This document shows, piece by piece, positions 1 through 9,750 of a DNA stretch of 42,567 bases. A model generated the notes under the pieces. That model ran no database searches. It saw only the letters and a list, made by a program, of their open reading frames with translations, and was not told where the DNA came from. The position numbers and the translations under genes were made by a program. The DNA lies in sequence record SRR31156797_1634. One strand, given 5' to 3'. Each line of letters starts with the position of its first letter. Position 1 is the first letter of the stretch.

Positions 1-1275
1 TTTGCCGCCCTGTATATTTCAGGCATTCCGGGCATCAAACAACTTTCCATCTTCTCTGTAGCCGGGATAATCGCAGCCAGCGGCTACGCCCTGCTCTTTG
101 TTCCCCGATTCTGTAATTCATTCCCTGAAGCCGGGAAGACTCAATCTTTTCTTCAAATTAACGGAAACAAAAAACTCATATTTTGGTGTACAGGACTCAT
201 ATTTGCGGTTTCAATTGTAGGCGCATTGAACAATAATTTTGACACGGAACTGAAAAACCTAGGCTATATTTCAAAAGATATTTCCCACACGGAAAAACAT
301 TTTCAGGAGAAATGGAGCCGAATGCACGCCCAATCCATGCTTTTTGCTACAGGGGAAAATATGGATCTTGCCCTGCAAAAGAATGAAAACGCATGGTCCG
401 ACATCAGACAAAACCTGAACGACATTAAAGCGGTCAATATTGCGGAAACCCTGCCTTCCCCCAAAACCATTGCGGAAAACAGAAACCGCTGGTCCTCATT
501 CTGGGATGAAACCAAAGAACAAACAGAGCATGCCGTTTTGGAAAGCAGCAAGAAACTCGGCTTCACGTCCAGAGCATTTCTCCCGGCAATGGACCGAATT
601 TCGTCCCCCCCTCCAGCCCTTAATGCAAATATTTACAGCACCGGACCGCTTAATTTTCTCTATGAGCTACTCATTCCTCCCAGCAACAACGGATCTGATA
701 AACTGATCATGACCCTGCTCCCGGACAATGAACAAGTGGATGAATACTATTCTCCACAAAAAGAAAAAGAACTGGGCGTGCGCCTTGTTTCCCAGTCCCG
801 CTTTAAAACCAGCCTTGAACAGGAAATGAAGCAGGACATCATCAAATTCATCACTTGCTCGGGACTTATGGTTGCGGTGCTTATTTTCGGGTTGTTTCGG
901 AACCTGCGCCAAGCAATTCTGGCACTTTTCCCTGCAATTTTCGGTGTAGCGGTGACTTTCGGAATACTGGGGATTCTTCAGATTCCGTTGAATATTTTTC
1001 ACATCGTAGCTTTACCCCTTGTAATCGGCCTTGGAGCCGACTACGGAATCTTCATGGTTTTTCAAGAAATAAGAACTCCCTCACTATGGACCGTCAAAGC
1101 GGTCAAAATTTCGGGCCTGACCTCACTTGCAGGCTTCGGAGTGCTGATCTTTGCCAAACATCCCTCGCTGCACTCATTGGGAGCAACTGTTTCCATCGGA
1201 ATCACAGCAGCCCTGTGCTGCGCGATTTTTGTGCTCCCGCAACTGCTGCGATTACAAGGAGGTAGACATGCATAA
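1..1275 (+). CDS. MMPL/RND-family lipid exporter, 5'-truncated by the window edge
   Basis: Frame is open from base 1 (FAALYISGIPGIKQLSIFS...). C-terminal transmembrane bundle has the GLGADYGIF motif and SLAGFGVLIFAKHPSLHSLG, typical of MMPL exporters in aryl-polyene-type clusters. Confidence 0.85.
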   Translation, partial: FAALYISGIPGIKQLSIFSVAGIIAASGYALLFVPRFCNSFPEAGKTQSFLQINGNKKLIFWCTGLIFAVSIVGALNNNFDTELKNLGYISKDISHTEKHFQEKWSRMHAQSMLFATGENMDLALQKNENAWSDIRQNLNDIKAVNIAETLPSPKTIAENRNRWSSFWDETKEQTEHAVLESSKKLGFTSRAFLPAMDRISSPPPALNANIYSTGPLNFLYELLIPPSNNGSDKLIMTLLPDNEQVDEYYSPQKEKELGVRLVSQSRFKTSLEQEMKQDIIKFITCSGLMVAVLIFGLFRNLRQAILALFPAIFGVAVTFGILGILQIPLNIFHIVALPLVIGLGADYGIFMVFQEIRTPSLWTVKAVKISGLTSLAGFGVLIFAKHPSLHSLGATVSIGITAALCCAIFVLPQLLRLQGGRHA

Positions 1276-1789
1276 GTTCAAAACTATACTCCCCCTGCTA
1301 CTCTTAACAATTATAGCCGGATGTGCATCGCGAAGCACAATCGATCCTACTAACCCCGCAGATTCATCCACCTATCTGCTGCAACATTCCGGGGTGCTCT
1401 CCATCGCGGAAAAGCGGATGCCCTTGCGCGGCATGCTGCAACTCAAACCGAAGCAACGAAGCGCACGGGTGGTCATGCTCAATGACATGGGCATGAAACT
1501 ACTGGTCGCTGAAATCACTGCCGATAATGCTGGCGGTTTTGAATCTAAAAAACTTTTCGTCTCACCTTTCTTGCGTATGATTCCGCCTTTTTATGATGAA
1601 TCCATGCGTTGCATCTATGAAATGTACCTCGCCCCGCAACACGCGAATTCCCAAAAGGCAAATATCACCACCGAAGGCAAAAAAAGAATCGGCAACCGTG
1701 AATTCGCAGCCCATACCATCATCAACGATCCGCAAGGCAACTACAGTCTTGAACTTTTTCTTGATTCCGGATCACAAAAGGATTCTTAA
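1268..1789 (+). CDS. Lipoprotein, DUF3261-like accessory protein of the lipid cluster
   Basis: ATG 1268 follows GGAGG. MHKFKTILPLLLLTIIAG-C has a lipobox. 'VVMLNDMGMKLL' resembles DUF3261 proteins (family call from recall). Confidence 0.65.
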   Translation: MHKFKTILPLLLLTIIAGCASRSTIDPTNPADSSTYLLQHSGVLSIAEKRMPLRGMLQLKPKQRSARVVMLNDMGMKLLVAEITADNAGGFESKKLFVSPFLRMIPPFYDESMRCIYEMYLAPQHANSQKANITTEGKKRIGNREFAAHTIINDPQGNYSLELFLDSGSQKDS

Positions 1790-1793
1790 ACAG

Positions 1794-2180
1794 ATGGAAC
1801 TGAACGAACATATTTCAAACAGCTGTGGCGACCTTGAAAAAACAGAATCAGGCTACAGCCGTTCATATCTTTTCAAGGAATCATTCCCCGGATTCGATGG
1901 ACACTTCCCCGGCAACCCCATCCTGCCCGGAGTGATTCAGACCTTGCTCGGACAAGAGTCCTCCATGGAAGCACTTATTCTTGAATACCCTGCTGAAAAG
2001 CTTACTTTGCAATCGGTAACCCGCTGTAAATTCCTGCGCCCGGTCAAACCCATGGAAAAACTGGACCTCATTTTTTCCCTCAAGACCAAAGGACTGACCC
2101 ACATTTCCATATGCACGCTCACCGTGGAAGGAAAGACCGCGGCAACCTATCAGCTAATCTTCGGACCGGAGGCAACGTAA
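1794..2180 (+). CDS. 3-hydroxyacyl-ACP dehydratase (FabZ/ApeI-like hotdog fold)
   Basis: FDGHFPGNPILPGV motif. Start placed at ATG 1794, just after the upstream stop. Confidence 0.85.
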   Translation: MELNEHISNSCGDLEKTESGYSRSYLFKESFPGFDGHFPGNPILPGVIQTLLGQESSMEALILEYPAEKLTLQSVTRCKFLRPVKPMEKLDLIFSLKTKGLTHISICTLTVEGKTAATYQLIFGPEAT

Positions 2181-2659
2181 TGGCACGCAAATCATATTTT
2201 CCAAAAATCGAAGGTGCACCGGAACCGCTGCGCCATATTGTTGAACGCAAGGTCCGTTTCGAGGAAGTGGATCCCATGAATATTGTCTGGCATGGACGTT
2301 ATCCGAGTTATTTTGAAGACGGACGCACAGCACTCGGAGATATGTACGGGGTAGGTTATCTGGATTTCTACCGATACAAAGTGGCTGCGCCGATCAAGAA
2401 AATGAAGGTGGATTACATCAAACCGCTCCGCTTCGGCGAGACATTCAGCATTGAAACCTTGTTGCATTGGACCGAAGCCGCACGCATGAATTACGAATTT
2501 ATAATCCGCGATTCTGCCGGGGAGAAAGCCACCACCGGATGCACTGTTCAGCTCTTTGTCAAAGATAATGAGCTCATGATGTTCCAGCCTGATTTCTTTG
2601 CCGAACTGTGTGAGAAGTGGAAGAACGGCACTCTCGCTCCCCTAAGCGAAAGCCTCTAG
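2180..2659 (+). CDS. Acyl-CoA/acyl-ACP thioesterase (4HBT/YbgC family)
   Basis: VRFEEVDPMNIVWHGRYPSYFEDGR motif. ATG 2180 overlaps the upstream TAA (TAATG). Confidence 0.88.
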   Translation: MARKSYFPKIEGAPEPLRHIVERKVRFEEVDPMNIVWHGRYPSYFEDGRTALGDMYGVGYLDFYRYKVAAPIKKMKVDYIKPLRFGETFSIETLLHWTEAARMNYEFIIRDSAGEKATTGCTVQLFVKDNELMMFQPDFFAELCEKWKNGTLAPLSESL

Positions 2660-2666
2660 GTGCACC

Positions 2667-4061
2667 ATGCCCACCATTTTCCTCATTTCAGCAAACACCA
2701 ATGTGGAACCTTACCCTGTATATCCCATCGGTATGTCGGTCATTGCCGGAGCCTTGCATGATGCCGGACATAAGGTCATCCAATACGACATGCTCGCGGC
2801 AGGCAACTCCCTTGACCACCTGCGCAGCACACTTGCTGAAGCAAGACCGGATTACGCCGGAATATCCATCCGCAATGTAGATAACGTGGATTCCTTTACC
2901 TCCCACACCAACAAATACATTCACAAAGCAAAACTTATTGTGGAAGTGCTGAAAGAAACCGGAATCCCAGTTATTGCCGGGGGCGCAGGCTTCTCGCTAC
3001 TGCCGGAAGAAATTCTTGAATTCACCGGAGCGGACTACGGCATTGTGGGCGAAGGTGAACGCAAGATGGTCGAACTGATTGCGCAACTTGAACGGGGTCA
3101 GGAGACAAAACAAATTTACGGCAGAGAAAATGGGATTCCCGGTAATGAAATTCATGTTCCACGCTGGGATCAGAAACTGCTAAGCTACTACCTCAAGGAA
3201 AGCGGGGTCATCAACGTGCAGACCAAGCGCGGCTGCGAACATTGCTGCGCCTACTGTACCTATCCCTACCTTGAGGGACGCAAAATGCGAGTCCGTCCGG
3301 TGAATAAAGTAGCCGACGAGCTTGAAATGCTCTGCAGTTACGGAGCTGATAATATTTTCTTTACCGATTCCGTGCTCAATGACCGTGGAGGCCATTACCT
3401 GCAACTGGCTGAAGAAATTGTACGCCGGGAGATTAAAATCAGCTGGTGTGGTTTTTTCCAGCCAGGCCCCATTGAAAATGACGAACTGGCCCTGCTCAAA
3501 CGGTCCGGTTTGCAAGCCATGGAAGTAGGAACCGACGCAACCAGTGATGCAACTCTCAAAGGGCTTAACAAAAGCTTCACTTTTGACGAGGTCATGGAAT
3601 TCAATGAAAAATGTGTGGCGCAACAGATTCCCTGTGCTCATTTCGTGATTTTCGGCGGCCCAGAGGAAACCATGAATACGGTCCGCGAAGGGATCGAAAA
3701 CATGAACTCCCTGCGCAACTGCGTGGTTTTTCCCTTTTCCGGTATCAGGCTGCATGAAGGAACCCCGCTCTTTACAAGAGCGGTTAAAGAAGGTTTAATC
3801 CGCCGCGACCAATCGCTGCTTGAACCTTTTTATTACTTCTCCCCCCGACTCGATAAAGATGAGATGAACGCGGCCCTGACCGAAGGATTCAAGAAACGCA
3901 GGGATCGGCTATTCCCGCCCGACGAAGGCCAGCAACGCATTAACATTATGAAAAAATTTGGATTCCGGGGAATTCTCTGGGACCAGTTAATAAAATTCGA
4001 TGACCAGTCCGGAAACAAAATATCTTCTCAATCATTCACAGATTCCGCTCATGCAGGTTAA
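2667..4061 (+). CDS. Cobalamin-binding radical SAM protein of the lipid-biosynthesis (ladderane-island-type) family
   Basis: N-terminal B12-binding domain (PYPVYPIG...ISIRNVDN), TKRGCEHCCAYC (CxxxCxxC) and FFTDSVLN, embedded in a fatty-acid cluster. Confidence 0.85.
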   Translation: MPTIFLISANTNVEPYPVYPIGMSVIAGALHDAGHKVIQYDMLAAGNSLDHLRSTLAEARPDYAGISIRNVDNVDSFTSHTNKYIHKAKLIVEVLKETGIPVIAGGAGFSLLPEEILEFTGADYGIVGEGERKMVELIAQLERGQETKQIYGRENGIPGNEIHVPRWDQKLLSYYLKESGVINVQTKRGCEHCCAYCTYPYLEGRKMRVRPVNKVADELEMLCSYGADNIFFTDSVLNDRGGHYLQLAEEIVRREIKISWCGFFQPGPIENDELALLKRSGLQAMEVGTDATSDATLKGLNKSFTFDEVMEFNEKCVAQQIPCAHFVIFGGPEETMNTVREGIENMNSLRNCVVFPFSGIRLHEGTPLFTRAVKEGLIRRDQSLLEPFYYFSPRLDKDEMNAALTEGFKKRRDRLFPPDEGQQRINIMKKFGFRGILWDQLIKFDDQSGNKISSQSFTDSAHAG

Positions 4062-5205
4062 ACCGCTGATCGTTATCCCGGTCTACAACCATGGCGCAAC
4101 TTTGCGCGATGTGGCTAGACGGGCCATGAACTACGGCGAAGTGCTTATTGTTGATGACGGCAGTACTGATGGCATTTCTGCTGAAGTCCGTGACCTTGAA
4201 CTAACCGTGGTCAGCCATGATGAGAACCTCGGCAAGGGGCAAGCGATCCTCACCGCTGCGGAAAAAGCTCGCGAACTGGGCAAAACCCACATCATCACCA
4301 TTGATGCCGACGGCCAGCATTTCCCTGAGGATCTCCCGATTTTTATGGAAGCGATCAAGCAGAACCCGGAAACTATCTTCGTGGGCAGCAGAAATTTCGA
4401 AGGCCAAAACGTGCCCGGAGCATCCAAATTCGGACGCAGTTTTTCCAATTTCTGGCTGCGGGTCCAGACTGGAACCAAACTTAGTGACGTGCAAAGCGGG
4501 TTCAGGGCCTATCCGCTGGAAATTTTCTCCGTAATCACAACCTTCGAACCCCGTTACGCCTTTGAGGTGGAGATTCTGGTTAAATCCGCATGGGCCGGAT
4601 ACGATCTAAAAGACCTGCCCATTGAAGTGCACTATCCCTCACCAGAAAAACGGGTTTCCCACTTCGACGCCATCAAAGACAATATTCGCATTTCACTCTT
4701 GAATACAAAACTGACCATGCGCTCTTTCGTACCTGTGCCCCATCGCCAGTATGATAAGGACGAGAATGGAAAGATCAGCCCTATTCACCCCCTGCGTTCA
4801 CTGCGCATCCTGCTTTCCAAGGATGAAACGCCACTTAATCTGGCTGTTGCCGGAGCCATGGGCATGTTGCTGGGCACCTTACCGCTCATTGCCATGCATT
4901 CCATTGCCATCATCCTTTTTTGCGGATTTTTCCGGCTGAGCAAGATCACCGGACTGGCTGTAAGTCAGCTATGCATTCCGCCACTGATTCCGGCCCTATG
5001 TATCGAGGCTGGACACTATATGCGTTACAACCAGTTCCTGACCGAAATATCATTACAAACACTGGGCTACGAAGCTCTGGATCGTTTCTATGAATGGGTA
5101 TTAGGGTCACTAGTGCTGGGACCAGCATTTGCAGCAATTATAGGTATTACGATTTACATTATGGCGTTTACCATTAAACGGTTTTTAGATATGAAACCGC
5201 AATAG
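4051..5205 (+). CDS. Family 2 glycosyltransferase fused to a DUF2062-like membrane domain
   Basis: IVIPVYNH, VDDGSTD, GKGQA, DADGQH and DVQSGFRAYP motifs, followed by a hydrophobic C-terminal domain. Confidence 0.85.
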   Translation: MQVKPLIVIPVYNHGATLRDVARRAMNYGEVLIVDDGSTDGISAEVRDLELTVVSHDENLGKGQAILTAAEKARELGKTHIITIDADGQHFPEDLPIFMEAIKQNPETIFVGSRNFEGQNVPGASKFGRSFSNFWLRVQTGTKLSDVQSGFRAYPLEIFSVITTFEPRYAFEVEILVKSAWAGYDLKDLPIEVHYPSPEKRVSHFDAIKDNIRISLLNTKLTMRSFVPVPHRQYDKDENGKISPIHPLRSLRILLSKDETPLNLAVAGAMGMLLGTLPLIAMHSIAIILFCGFFRLSKITGLAVSQLCIPPLIPALCIEAGHYMRYNQFLTEISLQTLGYEALDRFYEWVLGSLVLGPAFAAIIGITIYIMAFTIKRFLDMKPQ

Positions 5206-5220
5206 TTCGGGGCGGCCATT

Positions 5221-6144
5221 ATGAAGCGCGACAAGAAATGGTCCAGCAAAAGTCTGGCCCCCGCATTTTTCCATAATATTTTTTATGGACTGATCCGGCT
5301 GCTGGGCAGACCCGGTGCATACTGCCTGCTGTTTTTCGTGGTCATTTTTTACAGCCTGCTGCCCGGAGTAAGCAGAAAACCTGCTGAATACATCCGCCGC
5401 AGATTCAAACCGCAAAATGGACTAAGCAGGATGCGCCATACCTTCCTGCTCTACTGGAATTTCGGAAAAATACTGGTCGACCGTGCGGTATTACGCATTC
5501 TGGGAAATTTCAAAGCCGTCGGTTCCGACGAAGATATATGCCAATTGCAGGAGCTTTACGCCAAGCACAAGCGGCTGATCCTGCTCACCGGACATGTCGG
5601 CTGTTGGCAGATGGGCTTTTCTTATCTCGGTTTTCTGGACGCACCCAAGGCGGTGGTCATGCTCATGGAACACGGCGATGTGGACAAGCATTCCTTTAAA
5701 TGGAAGATGTCCGGCGGCTCGGGAAAAGAAGAGGAAGTCACGGTCATCAATCCGGCGGCCCCTATGGGCGGCACTCTGGAAATGCTCACTGCTCTGCGTG
5801 AAAACTCAGTGCTTTGCATCAACGGAGACCGAACCATGGGCGAAAGCAGGCACAATGTACAGGTGGATTTTCTGGGCGGAAAAATTGAAATGCCGATCAC
5901 CCCGTTCAAAATTGCAGCGACAACCGATACGCCTATAGCTATAGTTTTTTCCAGCCGCAGCAAATCCGGGGAAGGGTTCTTCCGGGTAGCGGAAATTATC
6001 AACGTACCCACAGATACAGGCAAAAAGGAAATTCGCGGAGCTGAAGCATTCACCCCCTATGCACAGAAATTTTCCGCTGAACTGGAAAGGTATTGTCAGG
6101 AAAATCCTTACCAGTTCTACAATTTTTATAACATGTGGAACTAA
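5221..6144 (+). CDS. LpxL/HtrB-like lysophospholipid acyltransferase family protein
   Basis: LLTGHVGCWQ, NGDR, VDFLG and C-terminal PYQFYNFYNMW motifs. Confidence 0.82.
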   Translation: MKRDKKWSSKSLAPAFFHNIFYGLIRLLGRPGAYCLLFFVVIFYSLLPGVSRKPAEYIRRRFKPQNGLSRMRHTFLLYWNFGKILVDRAVLRILGNFKAVGSDEDICQLQELYAKHKRLILLTGHVGCWQMGFSYLGFLDAPKAVVMLMEHGDVDKHSFKWKMSGGSGKEEEVTVINPAAPMGGTLEMLTALRENSVLCINGDRTMGESRHNVQVDFLGGKIEMPITPFKIAATTDTPIAIVFSSRSKSGEGFFRVAEIINVPTDTGKKEIRGAEAFTPYAQKFSAELERYCQENPYQFYNFYNMWN

Positions 6145-6167
6145 CCATTCTTTATAACGAGGCAAAA

Positions 6168-6413
6168 TTGCATACTAAACTGAAAGAGCTACTTATTGAA
6201 GAGCTGAATCTTGTCGACGTAACCGTAGACGAAATTGAAGATGACGCGCCCCTGTTCGGTGAAGGACTGGGCCTTGATTCACTGGACGCTGTGGAAATTG
6301 TCGTTCTGGTTCAGAAGAATTTCAATGTGGAAATCAAAAATATGGAAGAAGGCAAGGCAGCCTTCCTGTCCGTGAACAGCCTTGTGAATTTCATCAAGGA
6401 AAAACAGGCTTAA
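6168..6413 (+). CDS. Acyl carrier protein
   Basis: LFGEGLGLDSLDAVE phosphopantetheine site. TTG 6168 follows GAGG; alternative start is ATG 6135. Confidence 0.9.
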   Translation: MHTKLKELLIEELNLVDVTVDEIEDDAPLFGEGLGLDSLDAVEIVVLVQKNFNVEIKNMEEGKAAFLSVNSLVNFIKEKQA

Positions 6414-6417
6414 TTTC

Positions 6418-7605
6418 ATGGACAGTCCCGTCAGCATCTGCGCCAGCGGCTGCATTTGTGCCGCCGGAAAGGACACCCGAGCATGTTTTGAAACCATGTT
6501 GAACGGAGATGTCCAACCTACTTTTGCGCCCGGTTTTTCCTATGACCAGCCCATGCATTCCCCTGTGTTTGCGGTGCCGCAGGAATGGCTGAGCAGACAG
6601 AAACAAACTCCTGCGCTGACTGAGACCATGCAGCTGCTTTTCCCGGCTATGGATGCGGCATTAGCCCAAGCCGCGCTTACCCCGGAAAAACTCTCCAGCC
6701 TGAAAGTGGGTTCCTGCATCGGCTCATCCACCGGGGCCTCGCTCAATTTCAAATCATTCTATCAGCAGTGGCGGGAAGGCAACGAACCAGACCTTGAAGT
6801 CATTGAAAGCTATCTCAACTGCAACCCGGCCGCGGCTCTGGCTGAAAAATACGACTTGAACGGTCCGGTTCAGACGGTGACCAATGCCTGCTCTTCCGGT
6901 ACTGATGCCATCGGAATTGCGGCTTCATGGATCAGGCAGGGACTTTGTGACCTGGTCATTGCCGGAGGCGCTGACGCGCTAAGCGGCATTTCCTATACCG
7001 GATTCTCACGGCTGATGATCACCAGCCCGGAAAGATGTCGGCCCTTTGATAAGGACAGACAGGGGTTGAACCTTGGAGAAGGCGCGGCAGTACTCATCCT
7101 TGCAAGCGAAAAGGCAATGCAGGATCTGAGACTTACTTCCATGGCTAAAGTCATGGGGTACGGAACATGCTGTGATGCCCACCACCTGACTGCCCCGCAC
7201 CCTGAAGGGACCGGGTTGAAACAAGCCATTAACGATGCTCTTAAGCGCAGCGGAATCAGTACTGATGAAATCGGATTCATTAATGTGCACGGCACAGGAA
7301 CTGAGAACAATGACCGCATTGAAGGTCAAGTCGTCAGCAAACTTTTTCCGGGAACCCCGTTCACCGGAACCAAAGGTTTTACCGGACACACTCTGGGTGC
7401 TGCAGGGGCCATTGAAGCTGTGATGACTATCATGTCATTGCAAAACGGATTGCTCATGCCTACCAGTGGATTTTACGAAGCAGCGGAATCAACAGCAATT
7501 CCAGTCACTGAACGGACAGAAATCACAGCTGAATACGCACTCAGTGATTCTCTGGCCTTTGGCGGCAATAATTCCGCCCTTGTTTTCAAAAAGGGGGCCG
7601 CATGA
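6418..7605 (+). CDS. Beta-ketoacyl-ACP synthase (FabF-like KS)
   Basis: TNACSSG catalytic Cys, plus NVHGTGT, KGFTGHTLGAAG and SLAFGGNN. Confidence 0.92.
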   Translation: MDSPVSICASGCICAAGKDTRACFETMLNGDVQPTFAPGFSYDQPMHSPVFAVPQEWLSRQKQTPALTETMQLLFPAMDAALAQAALTPEKLSSLKVGSCIGSSTGASLNFKSFYQQWREGNEPDLEVIESYLNCNPAAALAEKYDLNGPVQTVTNACSSGTDAIGIAASWIRQGLCDLVIAGGADALSGISYTGFSRLMITSPERCRPFDKDRQGLNLGEGAAVLILASEKAMQDLRLTSMAKVMGYGTCCDAHHLTAPHPEGTGLKQAINDALKRSGISTDEIGFINVHGTGTENNDRIEGQVVSKLFPGTPFTGTKGFTGHTLGAAGAIEAVMTIMSLQNGLLMPTSGFYEAAESTAIPVTERTEITAEYALSDSLAFGGNNSALVFKKGAA

Positions 7606-8486
7606 TCCGTCTCAGCCTTCATGGAATCGGGACCGCACTAGCTGATGGCGCAGACACAGTCGACACCTCCGATCTCAATTCATATTTCGCGCCACGCCGT
7701 TTGCGCAGAGTGGACCACTTTACCCGCATGACCATGCTCGCCGGATGCCGCGCCTTGCATGATGCAGCCGGAACAGTGCAGGAAGACTTCAAAACCCCAC
7801 TGCCACAGCCCGAGGACATGGGTATTGTCATCAGCACCGGATACGGGCCTTCACAAACCATCTTTGAATTTCTGGATTCCATCATCGACCATGGGGCGGG
7901 CTGCGCTTCACCGCTGGCTTTTTCACATTCAGTGCACAACATCCCTGCGGCAACCATGTCCCTTTTTCTGAATAATCCCAAACCGAACACCACCCTCTGC
8001 CAACTGCACGGTCCTTTGCTGGCCGGATTGCAGACCGCCGGATGCTGGCTGAACGAAGGAAGGGTGCAAAAATTACTGCTTGGTGTGGTGGATGAAAAAA
8101 CCGCCCTGCTGGAAGCCAATACCATCCGTTTACTCGAAAAAGAAGGACTTGCGGGCGATCATATTCCGGTAGGTGAAGGAGCCTGTTTTTTCCTGCTCAG
8201 CCTTGCTGAAGAAACAGAAAACACAAAATACGGCGCGCTGGAATTCGAAACCCTTTCCGCCCAAGAATTGCAACAAACAAAGTTACCCAACCAAACCTTT
8301 GGTCCGGCCCGCTCACTGCGCAGACTGGCAAAGCTGGGTATCACCGCCACAGCCACTCAACAAGCAGACATGGTCTGCGCCGCCGGACCGGAGCTTGTTG
8401 CTGCAGCCAAACAACCAAGTGCCAGCTGCTGTATTGAACAAGCCGGAAATAATTTCGGCCTGATCTCCATAAAACCACAGGGCTGA
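7602..8486 (+). CDS. Ketosynthase chain-length-factor-like protein (non-catalytic)
   Basis: RRLRRVDHFTRM, SPLAFSHSVHN and GEGA motifs; no ACSS cysteine motif; ATGA overlap with the KS gene. Confidence 0.8.
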   Translation: MIRLSLHGIGTALADGADTVDTSDLNSYFAPRRLRRVDHFTRMTMLAGCRALHDAAGTVQEDFKTPLPQPEDMGIVISTGYGPSQTIFEFLDSIIDHGAGCASPLAFSHSVHNIPAATMSLFLNNPKPNTTLCQLHGPLLAGLQTAGCWLNEGRVQKLLLGVVDEKTALLEANTIRLLEKEGLAGDHIPVGEGACFFLLSLAEETENTKYGALEFETLSAQELQQTKLPNQTFGPARSLRRLAKLGITATATQQADMVCAAGPELVAAAKQPSASCCIEQAGNNFGLISIKPQG

Positions 8487-8489
8487 TCC

Positions 8490-9650
8490 ATGTCTGTATC
8501 GCTAATGCTTACTACGCAGGATATCATGGAGATTCTCTCCTCTACCCTGCTGGCAGAAATGGATTACAGCCAAAAGCTGGTCCATTGTCAGGGACAATCC
8601 CTTGCCAAAGAGTTCACTCCTGATGCAGAAACACTTCAGGAACCGGAAAGTATTCTTGAACGAATAGGTATTCAGTTCACCATTGATTCAGACCTATTAA
8701 GAGAAAAAAGCATCGCTCAAATGGCGGAACAAATTTTCGCAGAAACTAAAGGCAAACCGCAGCAACTGACCTTTTTCACCTCCGGCAGTACCGGGAGCCC
8801 TGTCCCTGCAATCTCCCGCTTCGCTGACCTTGAACAGGAAATCCACTCCCTTGCTAAAATCTTTGCGGATCGCAAACGGGTGGTCAGCTTTGTTCCCCGC
8901 CACCATATTTACGGATTTCTGTTTTCCGTCCTGCTACCCAAAGCTCTGGATATTCCAATTGAATACAGGGCGGCACTCCCCGCTGCCGAGCAGATTAAAA
9001 CCATGCTTCCGGGCGACCTGATCATCTCCTTTCCCTTACTTTGGAAAAAGCTGGAAAAACTGAATTGCCGATTCCCGGAAAATGTGTACGGAGTAACTTC
9101 TACCGGACCATGCCCAGCTGAAACCATCAACAGCCTGCGCGCACAGGGGCTAACCCGCATGACAGAAGTCTACGGTTCCTCCGAGACAGGAGGGGTGGGC
9201 TTTCGCCATGACCCTGCTGACATGTACACCCTGCTCGAACACTGGAAACAGACCGGAAATTCCACAATCGAACGGACCTCGGCAGACGGCACCAAACAGC
9301 TTCACACCCTTCAAGACAATCTGGAATGGCAGGGGACACAATTTAAGCCGCTGAAAAGGTCTGACAAAGCCGTCCAAGTGGGCGGAATCAATGTCTACCC
9401 CACGCGGGTGGAATATATTTTCAAGAAAAATAAGCAAATCCGCGAATGCTCAATAAGGCTGATGCGTCCAGAAGAAGGGGAAAGATTAAAAGCCTTTATA
9501 GTTCCCGCTGATGGAATTGACCACGCTGCACTTGAAAAAAAATTACGCGCACTTGCGGCTGCCGAACTTTCCCGCCATGAAAAACCCGGCAAATACAGCT
9601 TTGGTTCGGCCCTTCCTGTTTCGGAAATTGGTAAGTTAAGCGACTGGTAA
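8490..9650 (+). CDS. Short AMP-dependent acyl/aryl ligase
   Basis: FFTSGSTGSP, HHIYG, EVYGSSETGGVG, VQVGGINVYP and LPVSEIGK adenylation motifs. Confidence 0.82.
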   Translation: MSVSLMLTTQDIMEILSSTLLAEMDYSQKLVHCQGQSLAKEFTPDAETLQEPESILERIGIQFTIDSDLLREKSIAQMAEQIFAETKGKPQQLTFFTSGSTGSPVPAISRFADLEQEIHSLAKIFADRKRVVSFVPRHHIYGFLFSVLLPKALDIPIEYRAALPAAEQIKTMLPGDLIISFPLLWKKLEKLNCRFPENVYGVTSTGPCPAETINSLRAQGLTRMTEVYGSSETGGVGFRHDPADMYTLLEHWKQTGNSTIERTSADGTKQLHTLQDNLEWQGTQFKPLKRSDKAVQVGGINVYPTRVEYIFKKNKQIRECSIRLMRPEEGERLKAFIVPADGIDHAALEKKLRALAAAELSRHEKPGKYSFGSALPVSEIGKLSDW

Positions 9651-9750
9651 CCAGAGCAAATAAGCAATTACCCACATTTCTTGCCGCTCCTTCTGGCAAT
9701 CTCTGTGAAAAAAGATTACGTTTTTAATAAACATAATCCGGAGCGCAAAG

